Assembly: GCA_963575745.1 (NCBI GenBank)
Contig: CAUYUJ010000131.1
Coordinates: 1-64,000 of the forward strand
Reading direction: 5' to 3'
DNA length: 64,000 bases
Origin: Prorocentrum cordatum
Taxonomy: Eukaryota
A model generated the notes under the pieces. It was not told the origin of the DNA and did not search any database. It saw nothing but the letters and a program-made list of their open reading frames with translations. Below are positions 12,030 to 24,205 of the stretch, piece after piece (the stretch's first letter is position 1; each line of letters opens with the position of its first letter). Both the position numbers and the translations under genes were made by a program.

Positions 12030-12807
12030 GAATGGCTGTCCCCTTCCTCCCGCCCTGCTCGTAGAGGGAACCAGAAAGCATGAACGTTCGGAAATCCGAG
12101 CGGATTCTTCTGGGAACCGCCCTCGCGGCGCGCCGACCCCGGCGCGCGCTTCGCGCGCCAATGATGAGGGGGGCCGAGCACCGATCCGAGAACCCCCCGC
12201 GCGGATCTCGGGAAGCTTCTGCCCGTGTGGTTTGCTCGTCCTCGACCTCCGTCCTCTCCTCGCTGTCCTCCTCCCTCCCCGGCGGATCCCTCTCCGCCTC
12301 GCCCCACCCCCTCGCCAGCGGCAGCCAGGGGCAGCAGCACCCCATGGAGAGACGGTGACGGCCACGGCGCCGGCAGCAGCCGCGGCGGCGGCAGCGGCGG
12401 CAGCGGCGGCACCGAGGGACCAGGCCGACCGACAACTGCCAGGAGGCCGGAAGCCCACACGGCTGGATTCGCATGCGGAAGGGCAGGAGGAGGAGGAGGA
12501 AGAGAGGCGTTGGGGCCTGGAGGCCCCCCACTCCCCATACCGTAACCTGCTCCCCACATTCATTGTATCCTTCAGGCCCGCGACATTCATTGCGTCCTTC
12601 AGGACTGCGGCATCGGCTTCCTGGGCTACTTCTTCCTCGCCGACTTCGTCTACCACGACCTGCTCTACACGCCATCGCAGTCCTGCCTGATATCGACGAC
12701 TACGACAGGAAGGCGCCGACGCACGAGTACTACTACAACTGGACCGAGCACGACTACTCCAAGTCCACCACAGCGCCCAACAACCACCCCGACCACCCGC
12801 CACCACC

Positions 12808-14846
12808 ATGGCGCCCAAGATGGCACAGACTCCAGTCGGCAGCTACCACAACAAACAGTGGCACCAGCAGCAGTACCAGCACCGACACCAGCAATACCAA
12901 GGGGACACCACAGGACCCCCTCGGACACAATGGCGCGCCCGCAGCCGTGACGACACCCGCGGCACGGGCAGCAGCACCTCCATGGGACAGCAGCACCAGC
13001 AGCAAGCACAAAAGCAACCACAGCACAGCCTCAACGTGAAGCGCAGACAGGAGGAGAGAAAAGAGACGGCTGCCAACATCGTCCCCATGACCCTCACCGA
13101 AGCCAGAAGAAAGCAGCATTGGAACGAGCTACCCCCAATGCACCGCTTCGACAGAGTCAAGGAGTACCTCCAGACTTGCAAATCAGACGTCGACTACCTC
13201 ATTACCACCATCCAGCGGCACGCCAACGACGACTACGACTTCGACGGAATCGTCACCAAGATCCGTCTACAGAAGTCCATGCTACTATACCCGTACGACG
13301 CAAAGGACCAGCGAAGAGAGGTCGAGAGCATGATCAACGACACAATTACCCAGATGGACGACTCACAACAACAGCTGGAGGAGCTCCAGCAAAAGGCCAC
13401 AGTATTGGGAGATCGGCATCGCCAACTTCGAAGGCTTGACGACAGCATCAGGGGGGCCGACTCGGATGACGATGCGGACGCCGAGTCAGCAACAACACCC
13501 AGGAGGCGCACAAAGCAACAACGCTCCGACACCCCTGCACCCAACATGGGGAGACGTCACCGAGGATGCATCGGGGAAATGTCACCAGCACCACCAGCGA
13601 CTCAAGTACCCACGGAGGCCTCCACCGTCAATAAGCTGCGACAAGAGCTACAAGAAGCACAGCAGAAAGCTGAAGCACAACGAAGTCATGCTGCACGGCA
13701 AAAAGCCATCATCAACCAGCTCGGGGAAGCGAAGGAGTCCCACTACAAGAACGAAAAGGAAAGCTACCGCAGGCTCCAGCGCTGCGAGAACGACCAGATG
13801 GAGGAGCACAAGAAAGAGATCCACACAATCAGGAACGCAACCGAGAAGATCGCAGAGCACAGCGCGCACAAGACCGAGAAAGACAGCATCACCAACGAGA
13901 ACCTCAGGAACGAGCTCCGCGAGGCCAACAACATCATGCGCCAGAGCGTCGACCACAACAGCAAAATCTCCCAGGAATCAAGACAATACTACGAGAGCCA
14001 CCAGGAGATAGCCACCACCAGCGAGTACCTACAAAGAGCCTTGGAAGAAGCACGACTACAAATACATCAACCACGGCAGCCACGCGCTTCGGACACGCTC
14101 ATCCAGTACAAGAACCTAGACAAGAGCTTAGAAGAGAAAGACGAAGCCATACAGCACCTAGAGCACCAACAACAGATCATCACCAACGACCTACAGCAGA
14201 CAAGGAACGCAGCCCATCAACCCCACGACCAACAGCAGGCACAAGAACAACTGCGACAAAAACTCGCAACAGCGGAAGCCAGGAACGCGAACATCGAGGA
14301 TCTGGCCCGAAAGCACATCCAGCAAAACTACAACCTCCCAGAGCAAAGGATCAACTACCTCGAGAACGAGATCTACGGGCAAAAGCAGATCATGCATACC
14401 GAAGAAAATTGCACCAGAACAAGACCGAGATCATCCGGGTACTAGAGGGACGGACCGAGGACACGCAGAGCCACATCACCCAGCTCTACCGGCACAAAGA
14501 GGCTTACGCGGCGACAGCGGAGCTACAAGCGAAACGCATACACTACGACCAACACCAGCTCAACGCTGCAAAGACCTCCATAGAGTCGCAGGGGCAACTC
14601 CTCCAGCAGCTACACAACAAGCAACATGTCACAAAGACACAAATGCAGCAACAAGCAAAACAGCTCGAGGACGCCCGCTCAGAGATCCACGCTATGCAGA
14701 ATGAACGAAAAAGCAGACTTCGCCCACGACTTCGCCAACCAGCTCAGGGACGACGACCACCACTCCATTGGTACCTTCCCTCAGGCGCCACAATGAACAG
14801 GACTACAAGAAGTCGACCAAGGAGCTCAGCTCATCGTCATCCCTGA
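12808..14846 (+). pseudogene. LINE-A ORF1-like coiled-coil protein (frameshifted near 14410-14445)
   Basis: 545-aa ORF rich in Q/E/K/H heptads (KLRQELQEAQQKAEAQ..., NLRNELREANNIMRQ), continued by overlapping ORF 14409-14846; lies upstream of pol domains. Confidence 0.6.
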
Positions 14847-16267
14847 CTCCGAGATATCCGACTTCCGGGACCAGGGCACCCAGACCCAAAGGGACGACTA
14901 CCAACGCGAGAAGGATCTGTTCAACCTCACGAAGACGACACCCGAAAGCGAGCACTCAGCCACCTTACCATACGCTGACAGTGCTACTCAAATTTCACGA
15001 CCTGTGCGGTTCATAGAACAGATGCTACCTCAAGTTGAGCCGTGGGAACCAGCTTCAACGCAGCCGAGGACAGACGACTACTACCTCAGCTGAACGGAAA
15101 AGTTCCACATCCAGCGCAGCGACTAAGAAGGAGACGGAGCCCCGACACCGATAGCAAACGAACAGGGACTACTAGACCAACCAACCAACAGGAACAGCCG
15201 AAACGACACCACGCACACCGCCAAGGGAAGCAAGCATATCACCAACGGAGTGCATGACACCGATCGGCCTCCGACCAGCACCGACCTTCCATATGGGCAC
15301 CCCACCGAACAGATCAGCATCAATGCCACCGAAATCTCCCGCCCAGCCAAAGAAAGCAGTTCGCATGCACCGCAAGCGCGCAGAACCAAACCGATCTCAG
15401 TCAGCACCACGACGTTCAATACGCTTCGCCGCGGACAACGGCCAGGGCGCAGTTGACCCAGCAGATGAGAGGAACATCATCCCAGTGAACCACCACGACG
15501 ACAGCGATAGCAGCGGCATCGACGGGGGTGCCAGCGACCAAACCGCAAAAACTCACGAGGGACGGCGGCATTGGGGACACCACCACCACTGAGGCCAACA
15601 GGGCCAATATAGCAACAACCAATAGACTCAACGACACCTCACTAGGAGGGTCAACGCCAGAGCACGTCACACATGGAACGACTAGCTTCACGACAGACGC
15701 GCACGGCCCAATGCACGATCCCTCTACCAACGCCGAACTGCAATTCGACGAGCAGCAGTGCTCCCTTTTTTACCAGCGCCGCACAGACAGCCGACGGCGC
15801 ATCTCCTCGGACAACCCCTGCAGCAACGCACTGAATACACGTGCGAGCAGGGAAACCGAGACAACGCCATCAGTAGCTAACCTCCAGGGGGATGGAGATA
15901 GCTCAGAAAGCCTGTCTGTTGAGAGGGACGGCGGGGCAGCCATAGACCTCACAACACCTGCTTCAACCAGATACATAGCCCGGGCTCCGTGCGAGGCGAC
16001 CTGGACATCAACGCGGAGGGCGCGACATCTGCAGACCGACGCTCCTACAGAGGAGGAGCCACTCCCCCCCCGAAGTGCACAGCAAGGACGGAACTTTACA
16101 GTGACAATTCCGTTCCCCCCCACGGAGCCGACAGCGGCCGTCCTGAGGCGCACATTGCCACCCACTCCCCAGCACCAACATGACCTCGCTGACGTACCCG
16201 ACCTCCACCCAGCCGCCGCCATGGCGCATGTTCTGCGCCCACCTCGACCCCATCAACAGGTCAAAAG

Positions 16268-16700
16268 ATGGCACTATACACAGACTGCACACATCAGCGT
16301 GACTGCACCCAAGACTGACTCATGGGCCCTGGTTATCACCACCGAAGACGAACAAGGTTACATCTACCAGGGAAGCATCGGATCCCACAACAACCTATCA
16401 TTTAGGCATGACAACGTTCCCTGTAACTCGACCACGTCAGAACTAGCAGCTCTTATATGGGCGCATACACGGATATGTGCACACTTCCACAACGCCACTC
16501 ACAAGCCTGATGACACTATACACACCGATTCCAGGATCGCCAGAGGATTCGCTAAGTGCAATTTCCCACCAAAGAAACCCAATCAGATGACCGACTTAGG
16601 ACGACTACTACACGACCTCACTTCCGCAGCGGTCAACCTCAGCACTGACCAGTACGAGCACACACAGGACACCCCTGGAATAAGCTCGCAGACAATATCG
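16268..16700 (+). pseudogene. RNase H domain of LINE-A (N-terminal to the endonuclease)
   Basis: Across frameshifts: LYTDCT (YTDGS-like, 16274), SWALVI, STTSELAALIWA, IHTDSRIA, VRAHTGHPWNKLAD (16652-16693), i.e. the D-E-D-H-D RNase HI motif series. Confidence 0.85.
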
Positions 16701-16934
16701 TCAAGATGTACGCAGCTACGCCCAGCAAGTACCAGCAATGTCCACAAGAAGAATGGACAAGAGCCTTCCACGCCGACAGAGAACGACAATGGGAGTGGCT
16801 ACAAGAAGCAGACAGCGAAACCACGGACGCCTACCCCAACATGAACCAACACGGACTGGAGGCACCTCAAGCCAACATACAAGCTCGACCGATCCACTTT
16901 GTACCGAGGCACACCGAGACTTCCACCGACAGGA

Positions 16935-17675
16935 AGATCGACATCCGCATCTGCACCTAAACGCGCGCGCCTTCAAGATCCCCGAGAAGCAGGGACGCGA
17001 CAAAAAAAGAAAATAGCAAGACTCACAGCCATCCGACAACAGCTCTCCGACATCGCAATACACATCATCGGCATGCAGGAGCCAAGACTACCACGTGGAA
17101 CCCACACCGCCGACCAATACACCATCATTGCAAGCTGACACGACAAACACATATTGGATTGCTCGGACAACAGCTATACTGCAAACCCAGCCACTGGACA
17201 ATAATGACCCAGAACCCCAGGCTACTGATAGTCAAATGCACAGCAGCTGGGCTCAACAGAACAATAGTGGTCGCACACCCACCACACTCACATGCCGGCG
17301 ACCTTGCGCGCAACCAGTAGTGGGACAACATCAGCGCTGAGACGGAAAAATGTAACGGCGACATCATCCTCATCGATGCCAACGGTACTACTGGGAGCAT
17401 CACCTGTCCTCATTTTGGAAATCAAGGTCAACCTGAAGAAGAAAACAGAGGAGGAAAGTACTGCCACGCCTACCTGCAGCAGCACAACCTCTTCGCCGCC
17501 AACACTGATATACAGACACCTGGACCCAGTCACGGAAAGAACATCCAGCAGCGCATCGGTTACATCCGCCTACCATGCGGACAAGAGACGACCATCAAGC
17601 ACATAGAAGTCCTCGACGACTTCGATACCCACCAGGAAGACGAAGACCATTACCCGATCATCGCTGACTTGACCT
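16935..17675 (+). pseudogene. APE/EEP endonuclease domain of LINE-A
   Basis: IRICT*/NARA, IIGMQEPRL, ILIDANG, NLFAANT, RIGYI (RIDY-like), EDHYPIIADL (SDH-like). Confidence 0.85.
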
Positions 17676-18559
17676 ACACCGGGAAGACCGACATCAAGAG
17701 ATGTGGCATACCCATGGACCGCGCAAAGCTGCGAGACCCAGGAGCTCAACAGAAGTTCAAGGACGAGATCGCTATGATCCCACTACCACCCTACCAAGAG
17801 CAGATGAACGACCACGCTAGCTGCCTCGCACAACAAGTACATGAGGCAGGCATCGAGACTTTAAAAACCGACAAGGTCCACCCAAGGAAGCCATACCTAC
17901 AAACAACAGCTTTCGCCCTCATCCGCGTACGGAAGGCAGCCCAACGGCCACCACGACGCTTACGACAAAAGAGGCGACAACATCAAGACACGGGTAGGCC
18001 TCATCACCTTAGTCTACCAGATCTACGAAGCCAGCACCCGCGGCATCAGCGCGCACGAGGCCCTGACAAACCCAGAAACCCTATTTGCACTTCAACGCGT
18101 AGCTGAAGACATCATGCACATCAACGCCCAGCTCGAGGAGATAGCACTGGCAGCGATCACATTCCCACGCGGATCATCACCCCAGCTTGCAAGCACCATC
18201 GAGACTGACCGCTCCATTTACCTCGCGGGCATTGCCAACCGCACAGGGGACGCCTACATCAACAACGACCCCAGAAGAGCATGGGTTGACATCAAGAGGC
18301 TCCTGAGGTATGGAGGCGGACCAGGACGCGTCACAGCTGAACACCTACACGTCATCGGCCCTGGCGGACAGCCACTACATGATCAACTACAACAGGCGGA
18401 AGCAGAACTAGACCACTTCGCCATCGCCGAGCACTTAAGACCATGAGCCCGCAAGAGATTACCGACAAGTGCAACAGGCACGCCAACTACGCAGCCACAA
18501 TCAGAACGCTGCACAACACACCACTCCGCAACGTCATCACCAAAGAAGAGACAAAGCGA

Positions 18560-20141
18560 CAGTTCACACTGGCAAAACAAGGAGTGGAGGCCCTGACACC
18601 CTCATCGATGACTACTGCAAGATCGCTCCGAAAAGGATGACCAGGATCTACCACCCACTCCTGGTAAAGGTGCACCTTGCGACCGTGGAGCCACCATCTC
18701 ACAAAGGAGGATGGCAAATGTCGCTCTCCAAGCCCAACGCAACTAAACCTGACCTACAAGCGGGACGGGTGATACTACTCAACAGTATTATAGCTATGCA
18801 CCACCACCGCTTCCTACGACGCACCAGGCTCAAGAGCATCACGGCTCAACTACTACGAGGCGCACAATACGGGGCGCGACCACGCCAGCCCACCAACTTC
18901 ATCACGCATGTGACCCTGGGCGTCATGGACTACCTCGGAGAAAGAGGAGAATCAGCTATGTTACTTTTCTTGGACCCGAAGGACGCCCTTTACAGAGCGG
19001 TACTTCATGTTGTCTTCCAGCTCCCGCATACACCAGATGAGCTTAACGAACTGCTACACGACATCAGTATACCCGAACCATGCCTTCGTGCACTACAGAT
19101 GGCCACGGAAGGAGCGCCCAGATTCAACCACATCGTGGACGACGAGCACCGATGCGCAGTGCTACAAGACGAGCACACGGACACGCGGGCCACCACGAAA
19201 GAATCCACCAGACTAGCGCCGCCACGTACTGGCACGCGACCTGGAGTACCAGCGTCAGGCCTCACCGTGAACTACCTCTTTGCAAAGGCTACGCGGCACA
19301 TTGCAGAGGACACGATCGACAGCATCCTTAAGATAGACATCGACACATGACAGCAGGAAGTCATCTTCCCCAAGGGCAGACAAGCAAGAGACGGGGAGGA
19401 TGGAGGAGCACAAATTGCAAACGCATCCTCCTTAGACGACATGAACGCGCACACACGTATACGACAGAACACGTTACACGACATCATCGACACGGCCAAG
19501 GCGCTCTCCAACATCATAGTCAAATGGACCCTGACCCATGGCATGGGACTCCACGCCCCCAAAAGAAACAGATGATGCTATTCCTACATGGACGCCAGAG
19601 CAGAACAGCGAAGATGCAACTCGCCAAACCCAACATCACGAACATAGAGAACGAGCACCTCAGCGAGCCAATCGAGTTCGTCAACTACCAGATATCGCTG
19701 GGCACAGCAAAATACAACGGAGGACAAGGTCCAGAGATACAGCAGTTAATCTCAAAGGCTACACCGATCAGGGCTCCACTACGCATGGAAGTCTACAAGC
19801 GAAGACAGCTGAGCATGGACAACAAGACCTTCCTCAACGATGCGCTCACCAACTCGGCCCTCTTCTACAACTCACACATCTGGAACCCTCTGAACCAGGG
19901 GCAGCCCCATGGCATCGAGACAGAGTACCTGGAGGGGTACAGGATGGCAGCTGGATGCAAGGCCAACAACCACGACCACCAAAAGGTAAACAACGGCAAG
20001 GTGCTGACTGAAGCTAGACGACCAGATGCGAACCTCGCCATGCGCATCTTCAGGCTACGATACTTACCGAGACTACTACAACACGCGCCAACCATAATAT
20101 CACGAATAATCGACGCCAACCTCAGCCGAGACTCATCATGA
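18560..20141 (+). pseudogene. Reverse transcriptase and thumb region of LINE-A
   Basis: SGGPDTL, KGGWQMSLSKP, RVILLNS, QYGARP, LFLDPKDALYRA, GTRPGVP, SLDDM (decayed YxDD, ~19430), then SALFYNSHIW and LRYLPRLL. Confidence 0.88.
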
Positions 20142-20424
20142 GGACAGATGATATACGACGATCTACAGTGGATGTGGACATACCTCGACGACGAGCACAA
20201 GCTACAAGCTACACCCTACCGTAGACCTCGACCCTGTCCTCAGCGCAATTCGCGGGAAGCCCCAGATCTTCACGGCTCAGGTTAAGACCGTGACACGGCG
20301 CTACATACGACGCAATCTTGACCAAGAGCACATACGACCATGGCACAACAACTTGCGACTTTACCAAGACAACAACCTTGTCCCACAATTCATTTTGGAC
20401 GACAAACACAACGACTAGACGATA

Positions 20425-20590
20425 ATGTGTTACGAATGTGGAGCCAGCTTTACAGAGATCAACTCATTCTACGTCCACATGGAAACATCACCCAATAGAC
20501 GACCACCAAGCCAGATAGGTCCATGGGACAATGTGCCTGACATGCCCCAACGAATACCGCACATTTGGATGACTCGTCAAGCACCTACTC
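20425..20590 (+). pseudogene. Two C2H2-like zinc fingers of LINE-A
   Basis: CYECGASFTEINSFYVHM and CLTCPNEYRTFG*LVKHL. Confidence 0.7.
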
Positions 20591-20864
20591 GCGTGAATCG
20601 CATGCGCGGCACCCTGGAGACGAAACACAGAGAGGCATGACGAAGCAACCACGGAAGCAAACACAGAAGCCAGACGAGACGAGCAAAAAGCCAACATCAA
20701 GGTTGGACTACCCCCACTGCACGCACACATAGCCAGCTACACGACTGACATACCGCCGCTGTACATCAAGGACTACAAGGCTACAAGGGAAGTACTCATA
20801 CCTGCTATAGCACCGGTGGAACCAAGGCCTGACCCGACGCCGATGCCAAGACCGACAGGTACAA

Positions 20865-21704
20865 GGATACAGGTCATACTACACCCCAGCAGCGGACACA
20901 GAAGCAATGGCGATGTGCAGCAATGGATAGAATACCTCAACCCTTACGACAACAGCATCACAGCACTCCCCATTGACATCACCTGCGACGAGAACAAGGG
21001 CGACCTCACGAAATGGGACACCATACACTTCTGGAGAGACCACCTACTACGCGGCCGCGTGGCCGCCATCATAGCGGGACCATCGCGCGAGACATGGAGC
21101 GGGTATCAAGAGCGACCTCTGAAGAGCCGACACCAAGCTTGGGGACTACAGCACCTGTCTCTGAAGCAGTTCGAACAACTACACATTGACGACAAGCTAC
21201 TGCGCACAAATATTCTGCTTGCATACATATCCATCAACAAGAAGGTCCCAATGATCATGGAGTAGCCCGCCAGTCAACGATGGGAGAAATACAGCAAGCT
21301 GCTGGCTACTGACGGAAATCACAAACATGGTTGGCATTGATGGTGTGGACCATATTACTTTCGACCATTGCATGACTGGACACACAGCCGAGAGACCGAC
21401 TACATTACTCACGATACAGGCCCCAGCAGCAGAAGCACGACGGACGATAGCACTACTACCCAAACTCGGAAGATGCAACCACGGCACAGGACACCACTAC
21501 CACTCAACTGGACGGAGCAACCATGGCTATGGGGAAAGAGCTAGCGCCAGGACCCACACCACCGAGATGTGCACACGACTGGCCCATGCCAGCATGGACG
21601 CCATCCACCACAAATGGACACAACCAAAAGACCGCGAAACCTGGGACATGAAAGGCGGCATGATGAAGTTCTACGTCCCGCTGGACCCGTACTACTACGT
21701 TTAA
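20865..21704 (+). pseudogene. C5-cytosine DNA methyltransferase domain at the C-terminus of LINE-A pol (inactivated)
   Basis: Motif I-like VILHPSSGHRSNGD, PIDI, GDLT, motif IV-like IIAGPSRETWS (from GPPCETWS), motif VI-like IME*P, FDHCMTGHTAERPTTLL (DQC.FG...KPT.LL-like), motif X-like ARTHTTEMCTRLA. Confidence 0.8.
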
Positions 21705-21947
21705 GGCACCCAAATACTGCACGATCAAGCACCGCAGGGGGCAACGAGCACACCAGGCTGACGACTGGTGGTGCCCACCCCGCACTGCGCGGGCCAAGGC
21801 GGTCCATTGCTCAGGATACAAGCAGCGTCCTCAGCAGTGGTTCTGGCACGCCCCACTGTGGCGCCCGATCGCCTACCCTGTAAAAAAAAAGCCACCCCCC
21901 ACCCCCCACCTGCACATCCCCCGATAACAACACCTGACACATCACTA

Positions 21948-21971
21948 ACCGTAGCGCAGCCATGGCTCAAG
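21948..21971 (+). other. Dinoflagellate spliced-leader relic
   Basis: ACCGTAGC-GCAGC-CATGGCTCAAG versus DinoSL DCCGTAGCCATTTTGGCTCAAG: both 8-nt ends exact, with a 5-nt insertion and 3-nt deletion; lies just 5' of a coding region. Confidence 0.65.
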
Positions 21972-22030
21972 AGCTAAGCCAAAGCTGGCCAGCGCGCCCT
22001 TGGCGCACCCATTGCCAAGCGCAGCACACC

Positions 22031-24170
22031 ATGAAGTCTCCTCTGGATCTACATCCTCAGCGGCTTACAATACCTCAACAAGATCAAGACGAATGCATCC
22101 GGATACCTGCAGACGTCTTTGACAAACTACCGAAGTTCATCGACATCAACAAGGTCAAGCTTCACTGCACCAACGGAGTCAAGGACCTGGACTACGCCAA
22201 CCAGCAACGAGTTGCAGTCATCAACGCAACCCCACGCAAGACACGGAGCGGTGCCCCGCCTGAGTACAAACAAGAAAGAATGCAGACATTAATGTCCTAC
22301 AGCAAGGGCTACGACAACAAGCAGGCGCCCATATACACTCTTGAAGACCCCCAACCAGAACACAAGAAGCTGTTCCGTGCACAGGCATCGTCAGGCCATC
22401 GCAAGGAGTCAACACGCATGAAGCCCTTGAGCGTTACTACACGCACGTCTACCTTGACCTGGGTTACATCTACGTCCCCGCGGCAGTGAAGGGCGGCTTC
22501 GTCCGCGCCCTCTATCGGCACCACATCACCATCGCCTACCCCGCCGCAAGTGGGGAGTGTTGGAAGGACAAGGTCAAGGAGAGCTGGGCTACCATGCTAG
22601 ACAACTCCGTGGTACATTCCATCAACGAGATGTGGACCGATACAGACCATTAGATGGACCGACCTGGTAACTACCCGCATTACCGCTCCGCCGCAAAGTG
22701 CCGCACACTAGAAGACGCCGCTAACGACCGCGACCCCAAAAAGATACCAGCCCCCAGTCTGGAGTGGCCCGACAACAGCTGACAAGTACTGACCACTACT
22801 GCTACAAGCACCACCGCGGAAGAATAAGGACGAAGAGCCCTTCACGAACCTCCAGACTTCACACGTCCTCAAAAAGAATGACATGGAAAAGCTTCACAAC
22901 TTCGAAGAGATAGAGCGCACAGCCATTCACAGCAACATCGAGAGATACAGCCCGAAGGTATACATCGCGGCGGTCACCGACATCTACGGCACACTGCACC
23001 CTACCTCCGAGATTGGAACACTAGCCGCCTACGCAAGAGACATCGTGGAAACCCGCGGAGGAGGAACACTACATCCATATACGGACAACTACATCCCCGC
23101 TGTCGGTCGCCACCACATTACCTCACAAACGATCGGTGGATTGCACTGCGACGAGACGAACCTCGGAGGACAGCGAGTATCAGTACATCTATGCCACCAA
23201 CGGGAACTCGCACTCCTACCAACATGGACGGGCACCTACCGAACGCCACCACTACCTCCAAAGGAGATCGACCACGTGACGCCACCCACCAGCGACCTCC
23301 CCAAATGACCCGCCATCATCGACAACGCCCTCATCGAATACCCAGCTCAGGCGCTGCAGGGGATCTCCGCTACCTCGGAGACATGCACAACAAGAATCGA
23401 CGGAACCACAAACGTCCACGCGGAGGCCAACAAGCGGGAGATCATCGTGCACCAGGCCGAGATTACCCCAGACGTAGATGCACTACCCGAGGTAAGACCG
23501 CGACCTGGCTCCGAAGCACCAGGATACAAGCAACCCACCCGCGTCCAGCTTGGTGGAGCCACGAAGATAAAGGTCACCGACATCGATAAACTACCCGAGC
23601 AAGATGCACACAAAGCAAGACAGTACCTCGTCGAGGACGAGGACAGCCACAGCACGCGTCATCTGCTTCAACACTGCTAAAAACTACGCAACGCAGGCTT
23701 TCAGCCCATCATCTGGACACAGAGCTACTTCCCCGATTGGCATACGGCTTTTCCAGAAACCACACCACAACAAGCACAACGGCTAGCTCGCACGATCCCA
23801 ACAAATACTTACCTACAGCTCTCACGGAGAAGATCTACACCACAGGTCCAACAAACCATCCCATTATCTATGCCGATTGCCTCCCAGCCCATATATGGTC
23901 CAGGGCTTGGGCCCCCACCCCTCCCCCCCAATGCTGATGCCATTGGGCCCCCCCCCCCCCGCGCGATGGTCCCCCCCGCCCCCCCCTGTGGGCGTGGCGT
24001 GGTGCTGCGCTGCGGTGCCCCCCTCCCCCCCCCCTGTGGATGTGGTGTGGTGCTGTGGTGGTTCAGAGGTGGGCGTGGCGTGGTGCTGCGCTGCGGTGCC
24101 CCCCTCCCCCCCCCTGTGGATGTGGTGTGGTGCTGTGGTGGATCAGAGGTCGTCGTCGTCGTCGTCGTCC

Positions 24171-24205
<35 letters not shown>

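Larger units (their letters stand above)
12500..21890 (+). mobile_element. LINE-A: decayed non-LTR retrotransposon encoding a C5 DNA methyltransferase (ORF1, RNase H, APE, RT, ZnF, DNMT)
   Basis: Collinear motifs of all domains on the + strand, broken by frameshifts and stops; uniformly A/C-rich + strand; A9 tract at 21882-21890 as a possible 3' end; boundaries approximate. Confidence 0.88.
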
